Source of the DNA: an uncultured virus (IMG/VR IMGVR_UViG_3300042888_001691)
Lineage: Duplodnaviria > Heunggongvirae > Uroviricota > Caudoviricetes
Direction: 5' to 3' (one strand)
IMG/VR virus record: IMGVR_UViG_3300042888_001691
DNA length: 64,000 nt
Shown: piece after piece, positions 1 to 9,588 of the stretch
Layout of the letters: every line of letters begins with the position of its first letter
Numbering within the stretch: the first letter of the stretch is position 1
Translations under genes and position numbers: made by a program
Notes under the pieces: model-generated
Database searches by the model: none
Told to the model about the DNA's origin: nothing
Seen by the model: the letters and a program-made list of their open reading frames with translations, nothing else

Positions 1-536
1 AGTGTAGCTGCAATCAACAGGTACGCTATCTGTGGTGTTTCAAAAATCTCATTGGTAACACGATTTTGTACCAGATACTTGCCGCGCCATTGTTCCATGG
101 CCACATAAGTAAAGTGCTCATCACGCTCATGCTTGATGTAACTGTCCAAGATTGTCCATTCATCTTTGGTGTAGGCATCCTGTAACGCCTTGTCATAGAA
201 ACCACTACTGACATTCTTGGTTACCAAATCGTACAAAGGCCATGGTGTATAATCGTTGTAAACTTGTTTACGCAAATGATAATTGATCAGTCTGCCTGCC
301 ACGTATTGATAATTGGGTGTTTCTTCACTAATTAAATCCGCTGCGCTTTTGATCAAGGTCTCTTGTATGTCTACTGTTCTGATACCGTTGTAAAATTGTA
401 TGTGACTTTTGATTTCTACTTCGCTTGCGCTTACTCCTGTGATGCCCTCAGTGGCCCACATGACCACTCGATGCATTTTTTCTATGTCTAAGAATTCTTT
501 GCTGCCATCTCTTTTTGTTACTTGAATTTGTGTCAT
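1..536 (-). CDS. nrdA: Ribonucleotide reductase class Ia alpha subunit, N-terminal part (runs off window)
   Basis: Not in the ORF track. Translation from ATG at 536 gives MTQIQVTKRDGSKEFLDIEKMHRVVMWATEGITGVSASEVEIKSHIQFYNGIRTVDIQETLIKSAADLISEETPNYQYVAGRL..., an ATP-cone and NrdA N-terminus. Confidence 0.95.
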   Translation of the reverse strand, partial: MTQIQVTKRDGSKEFLDIEKMHRVVMWATEGITGVSASEVEIKSHIQFYNGIRTVDIQETLIKSAADLISEETPNYQYVAGRLINYHLRKQVYNDYTPWPLYDLVTKNVSSGFYDKALQDAYTKDEWTILDSYIKHERDEHFTYVAMEQWRGKYLVQNRVTNEIFETPQIAYLLIAAT

Positions 537-544
537 CAACGCCT

Positions 545-994
545 CTAGTATTGTTCTAATTTTAAATCTACTGCTGTGTAGCAATATTTTAATATTAATC
601 TTTGATTAATGTGTGTGTTATTTACGAGCTCATCCTCGGCCAAATTAATAACATATTTCCCATGAGCCAAGTAAGCTACATGGTAGGTATAATGGCTCTT
701 GGGATCATAATATACTCTTATTTCTGGATTTAATTCTGGCCCATGGCTGCTTAGATGTAAAGTATACACTATACCCAATGTTTTTGCAAGATCACAATAG
801 TAATTTTCCGTAATTAATTCCCAAGGATCGGGCCAGGTTGCAGGATCATCAGCGGCTAGATAAAAAGGGATAAACGGGCAGGATTGCCAAAAATGCAGGG
901 TTTCTAATATTGCGTCAGGCATGGTCAATTGATTTAATTGTTGCCTGAAAGATTTCCAGCGAGAGATTCTCTCGCTGGTTGGTAGTTGAAACAT
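545..994 (-). CDS. Hypothetical phage protein
   Basis: 149-aa ORF packed between nrdA and the spike gene; no motif recognised. Confidence 0.7.
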   Translation of the reverse strand: MFQLPTSERISRWKSFRQQLNQLTMPDAILETLHFWQSCPFIPFYLAADDPATWPDPWELITENYYCDLAKTLGIVYTLHLSSHGPELNPEIRVYYDPKSHYTYHVAYLAHGKYVINLAEDELVNNTHINQRLILKYCYTAVDLKLEQY

Positions 995-997
995 TGG

Positions 998-2371
998 TTA
1001 ATTGAATTTTTTAAGTGCGTATTTAAAAGTAGCTGTGCCTGATGCCAATGAACATCTGAGATTTAAGTCATTTAAAAATAAGTTTGCCGACAAGCTGGTA
1101 GCAGTTTCTGCAAATTCATCAGAAAACGCAACTGTGGTAGCATTGGAAGAAAACATCATGGTCCCAACACGACGAGCCGAGCTACTACTTATTTCATAAT
1201 CAAATGTGCCAGATGAATTTGCAGTTACCAACATGATTGATGAATCAGTGGTGTCAATCCCAACTGCTGCTGCTGTTCCTCGCTGCAGGTTACCTAAAAA
1301 CATTCCATTTAATGTAGGAGTGTTATCAAAGTTTTCACCGTATGTGTGCCAATATGTTGCTGATGTCATACGTGCAGCGGCGCCAATATTGCCATGAAAA
1401 TTGTTTATTCCAGTATAACCATTTACAGATCCGCCATCCACCGTGACATTTGATATGTCGTCAAATGTGGAATTTAAAACCTGGAATTTTAAAACACTGG
1501 CACCTGCTAGTGTGATAGCATTGCCACCATGAGCCAAAATACATCCATCAATCACTATGTTCCTGGTTTGTTGTACAGTGGAGCTCACTGCAACCAGATT
1601 AACATAAGTTCCAGCAGATGTATTACTGGATATTAGCGTGTCCTTGATTTTTACGTTAGCAGCACTGTCAATACTGATCAGTGGCACTGACGTAGTCAAA
1701 TTTGAATTGTGTATGGTCAGATGCTGTATCTCTACCATACTTGGCAGTATGCCACCAGTTGTCCCAATACTGGCTCCTGTCAGGAACCTGCTATCACACA
1801 ATTCAATAACTTTCTTGTTGCCTTGTGTCAATTGAATCCTGGTGCTGTTAATTCCGTCACCAACCAGTCTGGCGTTAGGGGGAACTTGAATTGTGTTTGA
1901 TGTTATATATGTGCCGCCAGGAAAATATATAGTTCTGCGTGGCAGCAGGCCAGTTTCCTGATTGGGAGTTTTGTAAATTTGTGTAAGTGCTCGATTAATT
2001 GCATCAGTGTCGTTGGTAGTACCATCGCCAACAGCACCAAAATCTCTAACATTCACAATATCATCCAACTTGGCCTGAATGCTGCGAGATGTTGGGTTCA
2101 GTGAACTACTGCCAGTTTGTGCAGCATAGCCAGCAGCATTACCAAAAAATTGGTATGATCCCAACAGTCTTGTTAGGTCGCCACGGTCAATGTTTTTTTG
2201 CGTAAGTATTTCTGTTACGCCAATTGATGGTGCTAGTTCTTCTAGAGTCCCGTTTCCAATAAACAATCGTTGTTCGTCAATGCTCCAGCCAAGTTCGGCT
2301 GTAGTCAACTGGGGCAGGTCTTGTTGCAAACCTCTACGATGCTGTATTCTGCTGATCTGTGTTACGGCCAT
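998..2371 (-). CDS. Tail spike/fibre protein with beta-helix (pectate lyase 3-like) domain
   Basis: N-terminal RIQHRRG..LPQL..AELGW..D..RLFIGNG attachment module; VNVRDFGAVGDGTTNDTDAINRAL...IYFPGGTY beta-helix start; TAAATA motif upstream at 2395-2400. Confidence 0.8.
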   Translation of the reverse strand: MAVTQISRIQHRRGLQQDLPQLTTAELGWSIDEQRLFIGNGTLEELAPSIGVTEILTQKNIDRGDLTRLLGSYQFFGNAAGYAAQTGSSSLNPTSRSIQAKLDDIVNVRDFGAVGDGTTNDTDAINRALTQIYKTPNQETGLLPRRTIYFPGGTYITSNTIQVPPNARLVGDGINSTRIQLTQGNKKVIELCDSRFLTGASIGTTGGILPSMVEIQHLTIHNSNLTTSVPLISIDSAANVKIKDTLISSNTSAGTYVNLVAVSSTVQQTRNIVIDGCILAHGGNAITLAGASVLKFQVLNSTFDDISNVTVDGGSVNGYTGINNFHGNIGAAARMTSATYWHTYGENFDNTPTLNGMFLGNLQRGTAAAVGIDTTDSSIMLVTANSSGTFDYEISSSSARRVGTMMFSSNATTVAFSDEFAETATSLSANLFLNDLNLRCSLASGTATFKYALKKFN

Positions 2372-2411
2372 TGCAAATCCTTGATATTATTCAGTATTTA
2401 TGATATTGTGG

Positions 2412-3392
2412 TTACAACGATTGCGTAGGAACTATTTCAAAATTCCAGCCTTTTTTAAGCTCGTGCCTGTTTAGATGTCCGTTGGTTGAGTTTGGTCCAC
2501 TAAAACCACACATGTTGCACACCTTCTCCGGACCTTGCTGTTGCTGAAACCAGGCGGTAATTTGATCATTATCTGCTGTTATATCTAGGCTGGAATAATT
2601 GGTCAGATAAGATGCCCAGTCCAAATCATCGGCCAAATTAAAGGTTTGTAGAGTCTGATTCAGTACTGCCACTGTTGGGCATTTATATATTTTTCCTTCG
2701 TACAAATTTATAAAATTTTTTGCCTGACAGAAACTGTGATTGTCAACGTGCCAGGGATCATTATAATCGTAAAAAGGTTTTAATTTAGTTTCAACACCTT
2801 GGTAATGTGCTTGCCACGGGATTTGCCATTGCTCGCAACTGGTGATACGTATTCCGGCGTCTACTCCGTCTATCTCAATTCTCCACCATTTTTTATGTAT
2901 TTCTGGTTCATCTAACCACAAATTCCAGGTGACGGTTTTTTCTGGGTGCTTGCGTTGAAGATGGGCTAATACTAGTTGTTTAAGTTGCTCGATATTTTCT
3001 TTGACCATGCCGTAGTACGGTTCATGACCAGTTTGAATGCTTACTATAAACTGCGGTCTGATGTCCTCAGTAAACAGCTCCTCAATTTTATCGTATAAAG
3101 TATTTAAATAGTATCCATTTGTATTAATGCGTAATTCTGCATCAGGCCAAAGTTGTCGAACTTGTTTGCACCAACCAATGAAATTAGGATGCAGTAGTGG
3201 CTCACCACCAAATATAGTCACAGCAGAAGGGTCCAATCGAGCGGCCCAATGTTCCAGCCAAGGGCGGCTCTGTTCTAAATTTACCAATCCTTTTATCTTT
3301 TTACTGTCGGAAAATGTCAAACAGCCACCACATTCTAAATTGCAGGATCTGATAATTGGTATGTCTAAGAATTTAAATTTAACTTTGTTCAT
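2412..3392 (-). CDS. Radical SAM protein
   Basis: CNLECGGC (CxxxCxxC), GGEPLLHP, TNG, and additional C-terminal cysteines (FCQ, YKCP, CNMC). Confidence 0.9.
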   Translation of the reverse strand: MNKVKFKFLDIPIIRSCNLECGGCLTFSDSKKIKGLVNLEQSRPWLEHWAARLDPSAVTIFGGEPLLHPNFIGWCKQVRQLWPDAELRINTNGYYLNTLYDKIEELFTEDIRPQFIVSIQTGHEPYYGMVKENIEQLKQLVLAHLQRKHPEKTVTWNLWLDEPEIHKKWWRIEIDGVDAGIRITSCEQWQIPWQAHYQGVETKLKPFYDYNDPWHVDNHSFCQAKNFINLYEGKIYKCPTVAVLNQTLQTFNLADDLDWASYLTNYSSLDITADNDQITAWFQQQQGPEKVCNMCGFSGPNSTNGHLNRHELKKGWNFEIVPTQSL

Positions 3393-4563
3393 TGAAATAC
3401 TTAGCTAACTCCGGAACCATATTGATAATTGATTCGCCGCGCGATTCATCCAAAATTTTAGTATATTTGATAAAATCATTAAAACGATTGTGATCAAAAT
3501 TATTTTGTTTTAATGTAGTAATTATATTGTGAATTCCTTGTGCCGAAAAATCTGAAATCTCCAATAGACAAGTTTCTAATTGCTGAATCAGGCCTGGTCT
3601 GAGCTCTGGCGGCACATTGTCAACAAACACTTCGGGAATATCATTGACCAGGTGTATGCCATGACCACTATTAGGAAACTCTTTGTTAATAAAAGTAACT
3701 AATTGTTTAACATTGAACACGTTGTATATGCTCACACATGTGGAGAATATCATGTCATGGTGTGCCATGCTACGAATATTTTTAATCACTGTATCAAAGT
3801 TTGATCCGTTGCGTACATAGTCGTTGATTTGATGGGTTCCATCAATTGACACTACCAATGTCAAGTATTTGAATTTGTTTAATACCGTTACAAATTTTTC
3901 ACTTAGATGATTTAAACTTGTGTTAATGAGAATAACCAAATTTGGATTATGATGTGCCACTTTGTCTAGCAATTCTAAATTCAATGGCTCTACCAGTGGT
4001 TCCCCACCAGCAAGATATATTTTTTGTACATCACTATGCAATTCAACTTCATGATTGATTCGTGGATTGTCAATGGTCCAAAACTTTTCTGGCCATTGAT
4101 GTTGTATCTTTTTGTATTCTGCATTTAATGCACTACTACTGGAACTGTTGCACATACGGCACTTTAAAGTGCAGGTATTGCTGTATCTCAGGTCATAACT
4201 GATAGGTTTGATGGTATTTTTATGGGTGAAATCATCAAAGCATTTTTCTACTGCGGTATGTGTAGATTCCCAATTGGTCCAGGTGTGATTTTCTCTTAGC
4301 CTGGGACTATAAATGTTGTTGTGTTCCTGTTGATAACAGGAATTGCAGTCAGCCGGCTTTGTGCCAGACAACATGTCAGATCTGATCCTGTTGATTTTAT
4401 CAGAATTAAAACTGGCCAACGAGTCATCTGCAGGATTATCAGACTGCAATTGATCGCCATAACAACACACATGGTAAGTTCCGTTAAATTTTTTTTCCTG
4501 ATGTATGAATGGCAATATACAAAAGCTACCATTTGCACCCAGTTCGGTTAACTTTGTTTTCAT
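3379..4563 (-). CDS. Radical SAM protein with N-terminal twitch/SPASM-like domain
   Basis: N-terminal CILPF..CC..CNSCY; CTLKCRMC; AGGEP; SIDG. Confidence 0.9.
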   Translation of the reverse strand: MKTKLTELGANGSFCILPFIHQEKKFNGTYHVCCYGDQLQSDNPADDSLASFNSDKINRIRSDMLSGTKPADCNSCYQQEHNNIYSPRLRENHTWTNWESTHTAVEKCFDDFTHKNTIKPISYDLRYSNTCTLKCRMCNSSSSSALNAEYKKIQHQWPEKFWTIDNPRINHEVELHSDVQKIYLAGGEPLVEPLNLELLDKVAHHNPNLVILINTSLNHLSEKFVTVLNKFKYLTLVVSIDGTHQINDYVRNGSNFDTVIKNIRSMAHHDMIFSTCVSIYNVFNVKQLVTFINKEFPNSGHGIHLVNDIPEVFVDNVPPELRPGLIQQLETCLLEISDFSAQGIHNIITTLKQNNFDHNRFNDFIKYTKILDESRGESIINMVPELAKYFNEQS

Positions 4564-5258
4564 GCTGTTTGATAGTATAGTTCTACTCTACGCATCCATT
4601 GATCTTGCCAGTGATCAAAATCTTTAGGTTCTAGTACAAATTCTTGGTACACTGGATCATCGTGTTCTGTTGCTGGCTTCACACACATTAACACTACCCC
4701 TGTACGAATTTGTGTACCATGTGTTTCGTTGTGTGCTGCTGCATATGCAGCCAACTGTATAAAGTAATCGTCAATCCATTCACGCTTCTTGACCTTGTTA
4801 CTTTGTTTAAAATCCATAATAGCAGGTTGTCCCTTCCAGGTGCCCACTAGGTCGGTAGTGCCGGCATATAGCCCACTGTAATACAACGGTACTTCGCTAC
4901 CCCAAAATTCATCAGCATGGTGTAGCCCCTCTAGTATCACTTTTGCTGCCATGAACCACGAAGGTTGTGCAAATGGGTTACTAGGAAAATCACCTATGTC
5001 ATCATTTTTCACATAACGCTCAAGATAGGTGTGCATGCGTGTTCCACGATTGGCAGCTTCTGTGGTAATCTGCTGGGCACGTTCTGTACCCACTCTATTG
5101 CGCCACTCTTGTAGTGCCTGCCGCGCTTCTGCAGGTTTGGTTTTTTCTAATATGGTTGTGACACTGGGCACACGGCTACCATCAGGCAGTGCGTAATGAC
5201 GCTTGCCCTCTAGTGTTTCTCTTGCTAGTGGAACGTAGTTAAATCTTGGAGTGATCAT
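4560..5258 (-). CDS. PD-(D/E)XK exonuclease
   Basis: PSVTTIL, RGTRMH, SEVPL, AGTTDLV, IMDFKQS and QLAAY motifs. Confidence 0.85.
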   Translation of the reverse strand: MITPRFNYVPLARETLEGKRHYALPDGSRVPSVTTILEKTKPAEARQALQEWRNRVGTERAQQITTEAANRGTRMHTYLERYVKNDDIGDFPSNPFAQPSWFMAAKVILEGLHHADEFWGSEVPLYYSGLYAGTTDLVGTWKGQPAIMDFKQSNKVKKREWIDDYFIQLAAYAAAHNETHGTQIRTGVVLMCVKPATEHDDPVYQEFVLEPKDFDHWQDQWMRRVELYYQTA

Positions 5259-5585
5259 TTAGATTGTAAAGCTTTCACCACAGCCGCAGCGAGCTTTTTC
5301 TTGAGGGTTGATGAACTCAAATCCTTCATTGAGTCCTTGTCGTTTGTGGTCCATTACAAGTCCGTTCAAATAAGGAACGTCTCTGCTGTTGACCCATACC
5401 GTGACACCTCGGCTTTCATATTGAAGCCAGTCCAGCGTCACTGGAGCAGTATCCATATACTCCAGTTTGTAAGCAAGGCCCGAGCAGCCTGTGGTCCTGA
5501 CACCTATACTGATACCAAGGCCTTGTCCGCGTTTTTCAATATGCTTTAATACCTTCTTGGCTGCTACTTCAGTTAATTGTATCAT
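5259..5585 (-). CDS. iscA: A-type Fe-S carrier protein (IscA/HesB)
   Basis: TTGCSGLAY and C-terminal CGCGESF. Confidence 0.95.
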   Translation of the reverse strand: MIQLTEVAAKKVLKHIEKRGQGLGISIGVRTTGCSGLAYKLEYMDTAPVTLDWLQYESRGVTVWVNSRDVPYLNGLVMDHKRQGLNEGFEFINPQEKARCGCGESFTI

Positions 5586-5955
5586 GCTTGGCCTTGTAGT
5601 CTGCTATAGCTGATTTAATTGCATCCTCTGCCAGTATTGAACAGTGAATCTTGACTGGAGGTAAAGCCAGTTCTTCCGCAATTGCACTGTTTTCAATCAG
5701 ATTTGCTTCATCCAGTGTCTTACCTTTGAGCCATGTGGTAACCAAGGACGAACTGGCAATTGCTGATCCACAGCCATAGGTTTTAAATTTAGCATCTGTG
5801 ATGACATTGTTTTCTACCTTGATTTGGAGTTGCAGTACATCACCACACGCAGGAGCTCCTACCAATCCGGTACCTACACTGGAGTCAGTCTTGTCCATTT
5901 TTCCAACATTACGAGGATTCTCGTAGTGATCTAAGACTTCGCTTGAGTAAGCCAT
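5569..5955 (-). CDS. iscU: Fe-S cluster scaffold IscU
   Basis: MAYS..VLDHYENPRNVG, APACGD, FKTYGCGSAIASSS, LPPVKIHCS. Confidence 0.97.
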   Translation of the reverse strand: MAYSSEVLDHYENPRNVGKMDKTDSSVGTGLVGAPACGDVLQLQIKVENNVITDAKFKTYGCGSAIASSSLVTTWLKGKTLDEANLIENSAIAEELALPPVKIHCSILAEDAIKSAIADYKAKHDTIN

Positions 5956-5986
5956 ATTAAATTTCCTTTGTGTTAGTGTAAACTAA

Positions 5987-6400
5987 TTAACTGCGTTTTG
6001 CAAGAGCTGATTTAGCCATTGAGTTAACTGTTTTTTCAGGGGCAGTACGCGGAGCATTAGTATCTGCTAGGCCAGCCACTTCTGAATCGTCAGCAAACGG
6101 AGCAAGATACACATACTTGACCCCGGTGTTGTCGTCTTTGATATCTTTGATCAAGCCTTTGATTACTTCATTGTCACTGTATGAATCAAGAAGATTTTCT
6201 AAGGTAAATTGTTGATCACCAGTGGTCTGTACAAGATTAATTAAACTGTCGGCTCGGACTCTGGGCTGTACATGTGTGTCGTGTGCTCGATTACGAAGAA
6301 ACTCCAACGTGGTGATAAGATTGGCATCACCACGCCCTTCGGCTTCATCTTCCAGCATGTCGTCAATGTGATCTTCGACTATAATGTCACGAACTCGCAT
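5987..6400 (-). CDS. Hypothetical acidic phage protein, possibly virion-associated
   Basis: 137-aa ORF coupled to the upstream gene; N-terminus MRVRDIIVE. Confidence 0.7.
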   Translation of the reverse strand: MRVRDIIVEDHIDDMLEDEAEGRGDANLITTLEFLRNRAHDTHVQPRVRADSLINLVQTTGDQQFTLENLLDSYSDNEVIKGLIKDIKDDNTGVKYVYLAPFADDSEVAGLADTNAPRTAPEKTVNSMAKSALAKRS

Positions 6401-7101
6401 TAACGACGCTCTCTACCAATTTCGTTTGGTCCTGCAGCAGCATCAGTGGCCGCAAACTCATCTGTATCCATGTCACTGCCCATGTCAGGAGACATACCAC
6501 CTAGGTCTGCTCCCATACCGCCTGGAGCTGCAACTGGAGGCATTGCGCCGCCCATGCCCATTGGTTGTGCCACTTGTTCACCGGCCAATTGTCTTGCTGC
6601 TGTGTCTGCTGCTTCACGTGCAGAACCCAGTTGCTCAACCATGTTGGCCAACAAAGCACCAACACTGGCCTTGAACTGATCTGCTTGTTCCATGCCAATT
6701 TGATCACGGATAGTGTCAAGCAAGGCAGGCATTTGCTCGTTTTGCATTTTGCTTACATCTTCTAGCATGTCTTGAATTGAATCAACCATGTCTTTGGCAG
6801 CCAGGATAGCTTGGCTTTTGCCCATTTCGCTTTCCATAATAAGCTGTTGCTTATTTTCTACCATCCAGCGATGCAGTCCTTCGCGCACCATTAGCAGTTC
6901 CATGTACTTGGGATTCTTTTCTGCCTGGTGTGCACCGTGGCTGCTCTTGATCTGATTTAGACTTTCTGTTAGTCCACGGGCCAATTTATAGGCTTTTGTA
7001 AAGTCCAAGTTGGCATAGTCAATCTTGATGCCAAAACGGCTTTCCATTACTTTATTAATTTTTTTAGCGGTAGGCTTGGTGCCCATTTCTGTTAATCTCA
7101 T
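6400..7101 (-). CDS. Hypothetical coiled-coil phage protein, possibly head/scaffold-related
   Basis: 233 aa, helical with an acidic Gly/Met/Pro-rich tail; LTE/LIMES motifs; TAAATA at 7126-7131. Confidence 0.7.
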   Translation of the reverse strand: MRLTEMGTKPTAKKINKVMESRFGIKIDYANLDFTKAYKLARGLTESLNQIKSSHGAHQAEKNPKYMELLMVREGLHRWMVENKQQLIMESEMGKSQAILAAKDMVDSIQDMLEDVSKMQNEQMPALLDTIRDQIGMEQADQFKASVGALLANMVEQLGSAREAADTAARQLAGEQVAQPMGMGGAMPPVAAPGGMGADLGGMSPDMGSDMDTDEFAATDAAAGPNEIGRERR

Positions 7102-7622
7102 AGTGGTAGTTTCCCAAAGTTCAAGTATTTAGCCGAATTTAAAGTTTTTTTCAAAATATCTAAAAGATGGCGGCGCTGCGTCTTGGCATCAATACATCTA
7201 TTTAACACCGCGGCAGATTTTACCAAATCACGATTCTTTGACAAAGTATACTCGTAGTGTACAATATCTGTGTCCAGTCTACCAATTTTGGTGTCTAAAT
7301 CTAGCAAGTGCTGTGCTGCGTCAAATTTCTGTTTTATTTCGTTGATGCAATAAACTATAGCATTTATTTTTGATGTGAAGTTGTGTCGATGCTGACCGTC
7401 CAACTGCTCTACCCGCCAACATTGCTGATGTGTTCCGGTTATACGAAAATTTCCAACAAAAAACCCGTGAGTTCCAACAGGAATTACCACGGGTTGTGTT
7501 CTAAATCTTTTAAGTTCTTTTTCTGTCCAATTTTTTAAATGTTTTGTCCCTACATCTGCAAACACAGCTTGAGCATGTGCCAGATCAGATCTTTTTCCTG
7601 TAGTAGATTTTACCGTCTTCAT
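7098..7622 (-). CDS. Hypothetical protein
   Basis: 174-aa ORF overlapping both neighbours. Confidence 0.65.
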   Translation of the reverse strand: MKTVKSTTGKRSDLAHAQAVFADVGTKHLKNWTEKELKRFRTQPVVIPVGTHGFFVGNFRITGTHQQCWRVEQLDGQHRHNFTSKINAIVYCINEIKQKFDAAQHLLDLDTKIGRLDTDIVHYEYTLSKNRDLVKSAAVLNRCIDAKTQRRHLLDILKKTLNSAKYLNFGKLPL

Positions 7623-7791
7623 TTTTTCTTAGTAGTACGTCTTTATTAACCAGGTGATTGGCAACCAATGTTTGTCTATGATCAAAGTGTTCTTTTGCAA
7701 TAGTTGTACGATCATAAAACTGTCCCAATACGTCTGCTTCTTCGTTTGTTAATGGTACCTGTACTTTATTTAAGAGTTCTACAATTTTCAT
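7585..7791 (-). CDS. Hypothetical protein
   Basis: 68-aa ORF in the operon. Confidence 0.65.
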   Translation of the reverse strand: MKIVELLNKVQVPLTNEEADVLGQFYDRTTIAKEHFDHRQTLVANHLVNKDVLLRKNEDGKIYYRKKI

Positions 7792-7793
7792 TT

Positions 7794-8060
7794 TTATTTT
7801 AGTATCAGCTGAACTAGTACCGTGATCAAACCAGTTGTTAATGCCACACCAAATGCTGTTCCTATACTGATAATTTGACCGCTGGTAGCACCAACAGTTT
7901 CTGCTTTGGTATCTGACAACTTTGTTCGTATGATAATAATGTGTTCTTCCAACGTACTCATACGATTTTCTAATTTATCTAGTTTATCTTCCAAGCTTCG
8001 GTATCTTTCAGCACACAAGTCCACGTGCGCACCAAGGTTGGTTCTTTCGCTCTCTGCCAT
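7794..8060 (-). CDS. Coiled-coil protein with C-terminal transmembrane helix (holin/XhlA-like architecture)
   Basis: Heptad stretch LEDKLDKLENRMSTLEE followed by hydrophobic IISIGTAFGVALTTGLITVLVQLIL. Confidence 0.6.
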   Translation of the reverse strand: MAESERTNLGAHVDLCAERYRSLEDKLDKLENRMSTLEEHIIIIRTKLSDTKAETVGATSGQIISIGTAFGVALTTGLITVLVQLILK

Positions 8061-8141
8061 TTTATTTCCATTCTTTTAGTTAAAGAGGGTTCTGTAGTGT
8101 TGCGTAAATGTGCCATAAGAGTTGCCTGAGTGTGCCGTGAA

Positions 8142-8576
8142 TCAAATAGTATTTAAGTGAATTCTGCCAGTTTTAAAGTATATGTTTTTAATTGCTCCGT
8201 ACGGGTAAAATATTGGCAGCATAAAACGTGCAGTTTCCTCAAGCCCACATATGATAGGCACCTGAGCAAAGTCTAGATCTAGGCCACCAACTGGATCATT
8301 GTTGTGCAAAAATACATCCTCAGACTCTACACCAAAACAAAATATCCATACACTGTGGTTACCCCTGTACATTTCGCCAAATCCACTGTTGTGATCTATT
8401 TCAAATTCTTTAACTATTGGACCTTCAATCAACTGTGGCTGCGACCTTAGACCAATAACCTGTAGTACTGTTTCCCAGTTGCGTTGCTGATTGCGCTCAA
8501 GTTCTTGCTCCGCCCGGTGTCTAGTAACTCCGGTAGCAGTAATGTCAACTAACGTAACTCCAGTGAAGAATTTCAT
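8142..8576 (-). CDS. Hypothetical phage protein
   Basis: Start revised to ATG 8576 (MKFFTGVTLVDIT), 5 nt downstream of a TATAAATA late-promoter motif. Confidence 0.7.
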   Translation of the reverse strand: MKFFTGVTLVDITATGVTRHRAEQELERNQQRNWETVLQVIGLRSQPQLIEGPIVKEFEIDHNSGFGEMYRGNHSVWIFCFGVESEDVFLHNNDPVGGLDLDFAQVPIICGLEETARFMLPIFYPYGAIKNIYFKTGRIHLNTI

Positions 8577-8595
8577 ATAGATATTTATAGCCAAT

Positions 8596-8626
8596 AAAAA
8601 AGGCAGAACAAATCTGCCTTTGGTTT
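8596..8626 (-). terminator. Intrinsic terminator
   Basis: AAAGGCAGA-acaaa-TCTGCCTTT inverted repeat with a U-tract on the minus strand, after gene 8642..9004. Confidence 0.8.
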
Positions 8627-8641
8627 AAGTCATTGACTTAA

Positions 8642-9004
8642 TTACGAAACTACAAAGCTTGTACCGTTGGTGACAGTTGCACTTGATAGATTTACAGCAC
8701 CTTTCCTTGCACCAATTGCTTGTAGTGCTGTTTGTAATGCACTTGCGTCAGGTGCATTAACACCGTCACAGATCAAGCTGATTGCACCAGTAGTAGCATG
8801 AGAATAATATGCTAACACAGGTGGAAAAAGTTGAATGATTGCCTCAAATGCTTCGTTTGCTGCGTCATCCTCAGATGATAAGTTCAATGATGCCACAACA
8901 TAAAGCGCAAGACTCTGCCCGACTTCGCTGTATTGAACACCATTTAACACACCAGTTGTACCTGCATACGCATATCCTGCGCTACGATCTATTCCAATTG
9001 CCAT
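8642..9004 (-). CDS. Small Ala/Gly/Thr-rich putative virion structural protein (paralog 1)
   Basis: Starts MAIGIDRSAG; has its own late motif, AGGAG RBS and terminator; resembles 9106..9549. Confidence 0.7.
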   Translation of the reverse strand: MAIGIDRSAGYAYAGTTGVLNGVQYSEVGQSLALYVVASLNLSSEDDAANEAFEAIIQLFPPVLAYYSHATTGAISLICDGVNAPDASALQTALQAIGARKGAVNLSSATVTNGTSFVVS

Positions 9005-9060
9005 TATATTTCTCCTAAATTATTTGCGTTTTCCGCATGTTAATATTTATCCAAGTCATA

Positions 9061-9088
9061 AAAAAAGCAGACCAAAGTCTGCTTCTTT
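9061..9088 (-). terminator. Intrinsic terminator
   Basis: AAGCAGAC-caaa-GTCTGCTT hairpin with a U-tract on the minus strand. Confidence 0.8.
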
Positions 9089-9105
9089 ATATTGCTAGTT
9101 AGCAA

Positions 9106-9549
9106 TTAGGCTATTTTGATACCGCCAGTTGATGTAACTGTTGCTAATGTCGGGAATACGTTACCGTATGCACCAATATTACCAGTAGAAACTGCTAAAG
9201 CACGAATAACAGATTGTAGACTTGTATCACTGTCCCAACCACTGCGCTCAACAATAACACTCAACTGAGCTGTTGCACCAACTGCGTCAACTTGGTATGC
9301 TAGTACAGAAGCGTTTGAAGAAACTACTTTTAGTAGTGTATCAACTGCGCCAGTAACACCTGCACCGCTTGGACCTTTTAGTTCGTTTGCTAGGTTAGCT
9401 GTAATACCTAGTGTTGTAATTTTAAATGCTGTGATTGGGCTTGCAATACCTGTGTTAATAACTTGTGCATTTGCATTTCTGGTATATCCATCACCAACAT
9501 TAACTACTAATTGCGAATCACCGCTTACTCTCGTCACTCCAATTGCCAT
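9106..9549 (-). CDS. Small Ala/Gly/Thr-rich putative virion structural protein (paralog 2)
   Basis: Starts MAIGVTRVSG; leader shared with 8642..9004; exact TATAAATA at 9589-9596. Confidence 0.7.
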   Translation of the reverse strand: MAIGVTRVSGDSQLVVNVGDGYTRNANAQVINTGIASPITAFKITTLGITANLANELKGPSGAGVTGAVDTLLKVVSSNASVLAYQVDAVGATAQLSVIVERSGWDSDTSLQSVIRALAVSTGNIGAYGNVFPTLATVTSTGGIKIA

Positions 9550-9588
9550 TATATTTCTCCTAAATTATTTGCGTTATACGCATGCAAG

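Noticed and set aside
26..214. 62-aa ORF from the track
   Set aside because: It is an alternative frame inside nrdA.
4560..5258. Cas4 as part of a CRISPR system
   Set aside because: It lacks the four-cysteine Fe-S pattern and has no cas neighbours; it is a generic phage exonuclease.
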